Part shown: in pieces, positions 60,601 to 64,000 of the stretch
Layout of the letters: every line of letters starts with the position of its first letter
How positions within the stretch are numbered: the stretch's first letter is position 1
Source: Lama guanicoe
Lineage: Eukaryota
DNA: 64,000 nt
Direction: 5' to 3'
Assembly (NCBI GenBank): GCA_013239625.1
Contig: MU054645.1
Span: 192,403 to 256,402, forward strand
Program-made: the position numbers and the translations under genes
Notes under the pieces: model-generated
The model's input: only the letters and a program-made list of their open reading frames with translations
Databases searched by the model: none
What the model was told of the DNA's origin: nothing

Positions 60601-61980
60601 TCAAAGGGAAGTTCTTCGTGTGCCAGGGTGAGGACACCAGGAACATCACTAACAAGTCTGACTGTGCTGAGGCCAGCTACCGGTGGGTCCGGCACAAGTA
60701 CAACTTTGACAACCTTGGCCAGGTGAGCCCCGGGCTCCAAGGTGGAGGTGGGAGTGGTGGCAGGAGAGGACACAGGTCCATGCTTAATGATGCGTGCAGG
60801 GCAACTGGCTTGCCTCTGTTCCATCAGCTAATGAATGGGTCCTATGGTATCTCCTTGGAGGGGAGTAGAAAGGATGCAGTGAGTTGGGGTATATATTTGC
60901 TTAGCATGGTACAAGGTGCAGGCATACTGTCATGACGAGTCTTTTTCTTATTCCATGTTCACAGAAACAGAAATGTAAGAAGTGAAATAGCTCACTCGGT
61001 TTTGCTGGTTTGTTTCCCCACCCAACCCTGGTTTTGGCTTCTGGCTTTCCAGGGCTCTAGGGCCCCCAGCTCTACCTGGCTGAGGCCAGAGGGCCTGATC
61101 ATTTCCCATGGCTCCTCTGACTTCATACCAGCCATGAAGTCTTGGGAAAGAGAGCTATCCTGGGGCCTGGGGTGTGACTCCAGCTGACCTCTGAAAGGCT
61201 AGGGTCCCCTGAGCCGCTGCCAGGAAGTGCTTTTGGGGGAGGTGGTGGGTGGTTTGGCCACCCTAAGTTTCAAATGGTCCTCTCCTCCCCTTCTCCCCAG
61301 GCCCTAATGTCCCTGTTTGTGCTGGCTTCTAAGGACGGCTGGGTGGACATCATGTATGATGGACTCGATGCTGTTGGTGTGGACCAGCAGGTAGGGCTGA
61401 GGTGGGCCGGATCCATCTCTGGGCTCAGGTCACTCACCATGGGCCAACTCCAGGTGTGGCAAGTGCAGGCACTGGACAGAAAGACAGAGAGGCAGGTTGG
61501 CAAAACGCCCTCAGAGAGGCATCCCTCTTACGGCAGAAGCTGTAACTGGTGGCCTGAGAGCAAATCTGGGCATTTCTTACTGGCTTGCGACATATTTAAA
61601 TTTTTTTGAACTAGTGGTAAGCAATTAAAAATTGGCACATATCACATGAAAATCCAGAGTTGGGCCTACTCAAGAGACGTCCAAAGACCTGAGAACCCTG
61701 GACCTGCATTCCCTATGGGCAGGAGTCAGCTGCAACAAGCAGCAGCAGCCTGTTTTAAATAGAGGGGCACAGCCTGTACTTTGCCATAGTCCCCACCCCT
61801 CCCTACTGCCCAACACCAGACCTACATCATTCATTTGCATCGCCTGCTGGGTCTGTGTAGCTAACTGGATGAGCAGGCCCTGTCTTAAGGAAGCCAGGCT
61901 GGGGGGCAGCACCCGAGGCAGTTCCCCTCAGGCTGATCTCGCCGCCTGTCCTCCCCGCTCCCTGTCAGCCCGTCATGAAC
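19071..61980 (+). CDS. CACNA1G: Voltage-dependent T-type calcium channel alpha-1G (Cav3.1), exons 1-25; start codon hidden in an N-gap (19071 inferred), gene continues beyond the window
   Basis: S4 repeats ([14 protein letters not shown]; [13 protein letters not shown]), pore residues E/E/D (ITLEGW, LTQEDW, ASKDGW) of the T-type EEDD filter, His-tract I-II linker, cassette exon 14 [23 protein letters not shown]; exon phases consistent throughout. Confidence 0.97.
19313..26204 (+). other. U12-type (minor spliceosome) AT-AC intron 1 of CACNA1G
   Basis: Donor CC|ATATCCTC at 19313; branch TCCTTGAC at 26187-26194; acceptor ctAC|CTGG at 26203-26204; joining restores VCNP-WFERISM. Confidence 0.93.
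21571..21612. repeat. Imperfect (GT)n microsatellite
   Basis: Direct reading. Confidence 0.85.
26205..26316 (+). CDS. CACNA1G: CACNA1G exon 2
   Basis: [25 protein letters not shown]...ILQ. Confidence 0.95.
26475..26608 (+). CDS. CACNA1G: CACNA1G exon 3
   Basis: [17 protein letters not shown]...[11 protein letters not shown]. Confidence 0.95.
27011..27108 (+). CDS. CACNA1G: CACNA1G exon 4 (IS4)
   Basis: [32 protein letters not shown]. Confidence 0.95.
28684..28717. repeat. (GT)17 microsatellite
   Basis: Direct reading. Confidence 0.9.
29195..29354 (+). CDS. CACNA1G: CACNA1G exon 5
   Basis: [18 protein letters not shown]...[10 protein letters not shown]. Confidence 0.95.
29459..29632. mobile_element. 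MER5-family hAT-Charlie MITE
   Basis: TIR-like ends tggttctcaaa ... ttggaaaccactg; internal cctgggcatggggattttttaaaag. Confidence 0.65.
29785..30085 (+). CDS. CACNA1G: CACNA1G exon 6 (visible to 29934; 3' end inferred in N-gap)
   Basis: [33 protein letters not shown]... Confidence 0.85.
30237..30329 (+). CDS. CACNA1G: CACNA1G exon 7 (pore I)
   Basis: [31 protein letters not shown]. Confidence 0.95.
30930..31330 (-). mobile_element. MIR SINE fragments
   Basis: tgagcacttactatgtgccag...ttttacagatgaggaaactga; gtaagtggctggaactgagaattcaacccagg. Confidence 0.7.
32270..32480 (+). mobile_element. MIR SINE
   Basis: gttcaagtcttagctttgc...gggcaaattcctcaacctccctgagccccagtttcctcacttgt. Confidence 0.7.
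32549..33332 (+). CDS. CACNA1G: CACNA1G exon 8 (visible from 32666; 5' end inferred in N-gap), I-II linker with poly-His
   Basis: [21 protein letters not shown]...[15 protein letters not shown]...LLETQST; donor |gtgaga. Confidence 0.88.
33370..33750. mobile_element. Two MIR fragments in opposite orientation
   Basis: gagccttaattttctcatc...; atccccattttactgatgagaaaaaggaggcttggagaggtt. Confidence 0.6.
34380..34765. repeat. Degenerate (TG/CA/TA) alternating purine-pyrimidine tract
   Basis: Direct reading. Confidence 0.8.
35144..35520 (+). CDS. CACNA1G: CACNA1G exon 9
   Basis: [12 protein letters not shown]...[29 protein letters not shown]. Confidence 0.95.
36060..36350 (+). mobile_element. L3/CR1 LINE fragment
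   Basis: gggatgtttagtcaggagaagaggaggctcag...gctgtcttcaaatatttgaagggctgtcatgtggaagaggg, a characteristic L3 3' segment. Confidence 0.75.
37740..38180. repeat. GA-rich (gagacaga-type) low-complexity tract
   Basis: Direct reading. Confidence 0.8.
38693..38738. repeat. Imperfect (CCAT)n microsatellite
   Basis: Direct reading. Confidence 0.75.
38776..38975. mobile_element. MER63-like hAT-Blackjack element
   Basis: cagtggcatgctgataaatgtttaaaaaccag...tttgtagcatttgccaatttccatggtgtaaatgctccc...gatttcaagctacc. Confidence 0.6.
39000..41400 (-). mobile_element. Fragmented antisense L2 LINE remnants
   Basis: cagggagggcttcacctagga...ttggagctgagttt; aggagtttggattttttcctgaagg; gatggcacccaggtttctgcctgg. 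Confidence 0.55.
47227..47378 (+). CDS. CACNA1G: CACNA1G exon 10
   Basis: [26 protein letters not shown]...[13 protein letters not shown]. Confidence 0.95.
48147..48369 (+). CDS. CACNA1G: CACNA1G exon 11 (IIS4), inferred entirely inside an N-gap
   Basis: Domain II S4 is missing between exons 10 and 12 (both phase 2); this is the only place it fits. Confidence 0.7.
48450..48564 (+). CDS. CACNA1G: CACNA1G exon 12
   Basis: [38 protein letters not shown]. Confidence 0.95.
48644..48799 (+). CDS. CACNA1G: CACNA1G exon 13 (pore II, IIS6)
   Basis: [15 protein letters not shown]...[12 protein letters not shown]. Confidence 0.95.
51590..51658 (+). CDS. CACNA1G: CACNA1G cassette exon 14 (69 nt)
   Basis: ctgtag|GAAATC...CAGGGG|gtaggt; [23 protein letters not shown]; phase 0/0, skippable. 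Confidence 0.9.
53102..53186 (+). CDS. CACNA1G: CACNA1G exon 15
   Basis: [28 protein letters not shown]. Confidence 0.93.
53270..53463 (+). CDS. CACNA1G: CACNA1G exon 16
   Basis: [30 protein letters not shown]...HEMKSP. Confidence 0.93.
53620..54140. mobile_element. Cluster of MIR SINEs
   Basis: taatcctcacaacagctct...attatcctcattttaccgatgggg; ttttacagatgaggaactgaggcacagagaggttt...aaggtcacacagct. Confidence 0.75.
54255..54683 (+). CDS. CACNA1G: CACNA1G exon 17
   Basis: [36 protein letters not shown]...DDEGNL. Confidence 0.94.
55541..55641 (+). CDS. CACNA1G: CACNA1G exon 18
   Basis: [33 protein letters not shown]. Confidence 0.93.
55862..55985 (+). CDS. CACNA1G: CACNA1G exon 19
   Basis: [41 protein letters not shown]. 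Confidence 0.95.
57593..57644. repeat. Compound (GT)16..(GC)7 microsatellite
   Basis: Direct reading. Confidence 0.9.
57806..57874 (+). CDS. CACNA1G: CACNA1G exon 20
   Basis: [23 protein letters not shown]. Confidence 0.95.
58005..58189 (+). CDS. CACNA1G: CACNA1G exon 21 (IIIS4)
   Basis: [23 protein letters not shown]...[14 protein letters not shown]. Confidence 0.95.
59001..59127 (+). CDS. CACNA1G: CACNA1G exon 22
   Basis: [26 protein letters not shown]...GVQ. Confidence 0.95.
60040..60160 (+). mobile_element. MIR SINE
   Basis: agtcagaaagacctgagttcaagccc...tttgagtctcagttctcctcatctgtt. Confidence 0.7.
60180..60322 (-). mobile_element. MER5A hAT-Charlie MITE
   Basis: ttcccaggtgatgctggtgctgctggcccagggaccccactcggagaaccac matches reverse MER5A. 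Confidence 0.75.
60597..60722 (+). CDS. CACNA1G: CACNA1G exon 23
   Basis: [23 protein letters not shown]...YNFDNLGQ. Confidence 0.95.
61301..61390 (+). CDS. CACNA1G: CACNA1G exon 24 (pore III)
   Basis: [30 protein letters not shown]. Confidence 0.95.
61520..61810. mobile_element. MER102-like hAT-Charlie element
   Basis: atttaaattttttgaactagt...aattaaaaattgg...atcacatgaaaatccaga...tttgccatagtccccacc. Confidence 0.6.
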
Positions 61981-62209
61981 NNNNNNNNNNNNNNNNNNNN
62001 NNNNNNNNNNNNNNNNNNNNNNNNNNNNNNNNNNNNNNNNNNNNNNNNNNNNNNNNNNNNNNNNNNNNNNNNNNNNNNNNNNNNNNNNNNNNNNNNNNNN
62101 NNNNNNNNNNNNNNNNNNNNNNNNNNNNNNNNNNNNNNNNNNNNNNNNNNNNNNNNNNNNNNNNNNNNNNNNNNNNNNNNNNNNNNNNNNNNNNNNNNNN
62201 NNNNNNNNN
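61969..62209 (+). CDS. CACNA1G: CACNA1G exon 25 (only PVMN visible; remainder and donor in N-gap)
   Basis: ctgtcag|CCCGTCATGAAC then N 61981-62209. Confidence 0.75.
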
Positions 62210-64000
62210 GTCGTGCCTGACCTTGGCCTTGCGACTGCAGGGGGCCAGGAGCCGGGGCTGGGGGCAAGGAGAAGACGCTCCCACCCCCTCCTCACCTCCT
62301 TCCCCTCCGGAGCATGTCAGCCTTTAGAGCCTGCATGAAGCAGACCAGCCCAGCCCTGAGCGGGAGGGGGAGCTACCCCCACCCCACGGGGCTCCCGGTC
62401 TCAGCATCATGCTCCCCAGGTGATGCCAGGTGGGAGCTGATGCACAGCCCCTCCCAGCTCGACTCTGAAAGGAGCTTCATGGGATGGAAATCCTGATACA
62501 TTGCCCTGTGCGGGTGTCCAGCAACCCCGGGCTTGACCCAGGTGCCAGCCTTGCCCACCCCATGGTTGGTGAGCAAGCATCTTCAACCTGAGGCTGCCTA
62601 GTGTCTGTAGCTGCAGGGCAAGGCCTCCGCAGAACCTACAGATGGACTGTGGCGTGAGCGAACCCCAGAACCCCCTTTCCTCCTCGCCTCCAGCAAAACT
62701 CCCTGGCTTCCCAACTGTCATTCTTTTCCCAAGCTGTAAAAAAGAAAACAAAACAAAAAAACAACAACCAAAAAACTTCCCCCAGCTTAGGGAAGGTCTG
62801 AGGTCACAGAAACTCTAGGCTCACAATGCTCTGGCCTTAGACCCTTCAGCCTCTCGCCTGCGATCTCCAACATCTCTTGGCATTGGCCGTTGAGGCCCCC
62901 ACCCAATCCTCCTCACGCTCTTAAACCATGGGCGGGCAGAGACTAAGCAAAGGACACGCAGATTCCAGGGAGGACATGAGGGGATGATAGGTGTGGGGGT
63001 ACTGTTGTTTCTCGGTGTGTCTCCAGGTGTGTCTGCACTTGGCTCCCCTCCCTGTCTTCAGGGCTCCTGCCTGTCTGTCTGGTACTCGACAATCTGTGTG
63101 ACTCCCTCTCAGTCACTGCCCACGTCTCTCTAAGTGTCTTAATGTGTGGGTTTCTCTGAGCCTTCATGTGTCTGTCTCTGTTTGGTCTGCGGGTTTCCCC
63201 TCCTCTCTCCACCCTTTCACAAACCATCTTCTTTACGCCGGTAAGATGTGCGCAGTGCTCTGAGTTTTCCCTTTGGTTTGTTGAAATGTGAGTACTACCA
63301 AGTGGGTCAGGGGCTGCAGTGCCCCCCTCGGCCCCTGGCTCCATCTCCTGCTACCTGTGAGGGCACCTGGAGCGAGGGGAGGGCTGTGGGGGAGTGTAGG
63401 GGTGGTGAGGGCGGGACCGTGCCCATGCTCCCTGTGAGAGGCGGGGCGGGCGCTCCAGGGGAACGGGGAGGAACACTGGCCCCTGTGCAGCAGCTCTGGG
63501 GCAGGGGGCCCATCTTGGCTCCCCATGACAGCTGGGCTGAGCAGGCACACTGCCCCCAGCAGCCATGCTCCCACCCCTGCTCCGTCCGCCCCTCCTTGCA
63601 GCCTGCCTTCTCAGCAGGACATCTGCAGATGGAACTGTTGGCAGGAGGCATGTGTGGCCCTGCCTGACCAGCTGGCTCCCCTTCTGGGGTCTGCAGCCAT
63701 CTCAGGTGCTGCTGAGGCCGCAGCGCGGGTAGGCATGGACATCTGTTCTGAGGACAGGCTTTCTGCCCCTCCCCGTGCCTCTGACTCCCTGCCCCTGTGA
63801 CCCTGATGAGCTGTTGAATTGCTCAGCTTGCTCCAGTGCCCTGTGTCGCTGAGTTTGGGGCTGGCGCTCAGGGCCAGCCACTCTTGCTCAGTGGACTCTA
63901 TTCACAGGCAGAGTGAGGTCGGAGCCCAGGGGGAGCGAGCTGCTGAGGGGCCCTGCCCAGCCCACCTAGTCTGGCCAGTGACCAATGTCGTGTTTCGTTC

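Noticed and set aside
19038-62209. CACNA1G as a pseudogene (no visible ATG, exon 11 absent)
   Set aside because: All missing parts coincide with N-blocks of suitable size; every visible exon is intact and in phase.
1-64000. tRNA, rRNA, snoRNA, miRNA genes, CRISPR arrays or prokaryotic systems
   Set aside because: None recognised by eye; the DNA is clearly mammalian. Small RNAs inside N-blocks cannot be excluded, and an Infernal/Rfam scan would be decisive.

Overview
Mammalian (placental, probably non-primate and non-rodent) GC-rich genomic DNA, syntenic with the EPN3-SPATA20-CACNA1G block, all three genes on the + strand. It holds the last four coding exons of EPN3 (stop at 1411-1413). It holds the complete SPATA20 gene: 16 coding exons per isoform, 789 aa, with two alternative 77-nt first coding exons. 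It also holds exons 1-25 of the T-type calcium channel gene CACNA1G (Cav3.1), which continues past the window end. CACNA1G intron 1 is a U12-type AT-AC minor intron. Nine N-blocks of 132-229 nt, all inside CACNA1G, hide the start codon, all of exon 11, parts of exons 6, 8 and 25, and four intronic segments. The repeats I could recognise are all ancient (MIR, L2, L3/CR1, hAT MITEs) or simple repeats. I did not find a convincingly new protein-coding system. The best leads are regulatory or splicing-related: (i) a second, perfect U12 donor about 2.2 kb upstream of the CACNA1G exon-1 donor, downstream of a POU/octamer palindrome, which could mark an unannotated alternative first exon; (ii) a spliced, polyadenylated antisense terminal exon between SPATA20 and CACNA1G; (iii) a triple RFX X-box cluster in intron 1; (iv) a promoter switch in SPATA20 that would swap a mitochondrial-type presequence for a testis-type N-terminus; (v) a divergent CTCF pair in intron 9. 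Orthologue comparisons are from memory of the human/mouse proteins and were not computed. Repeat boundaries are approximate.
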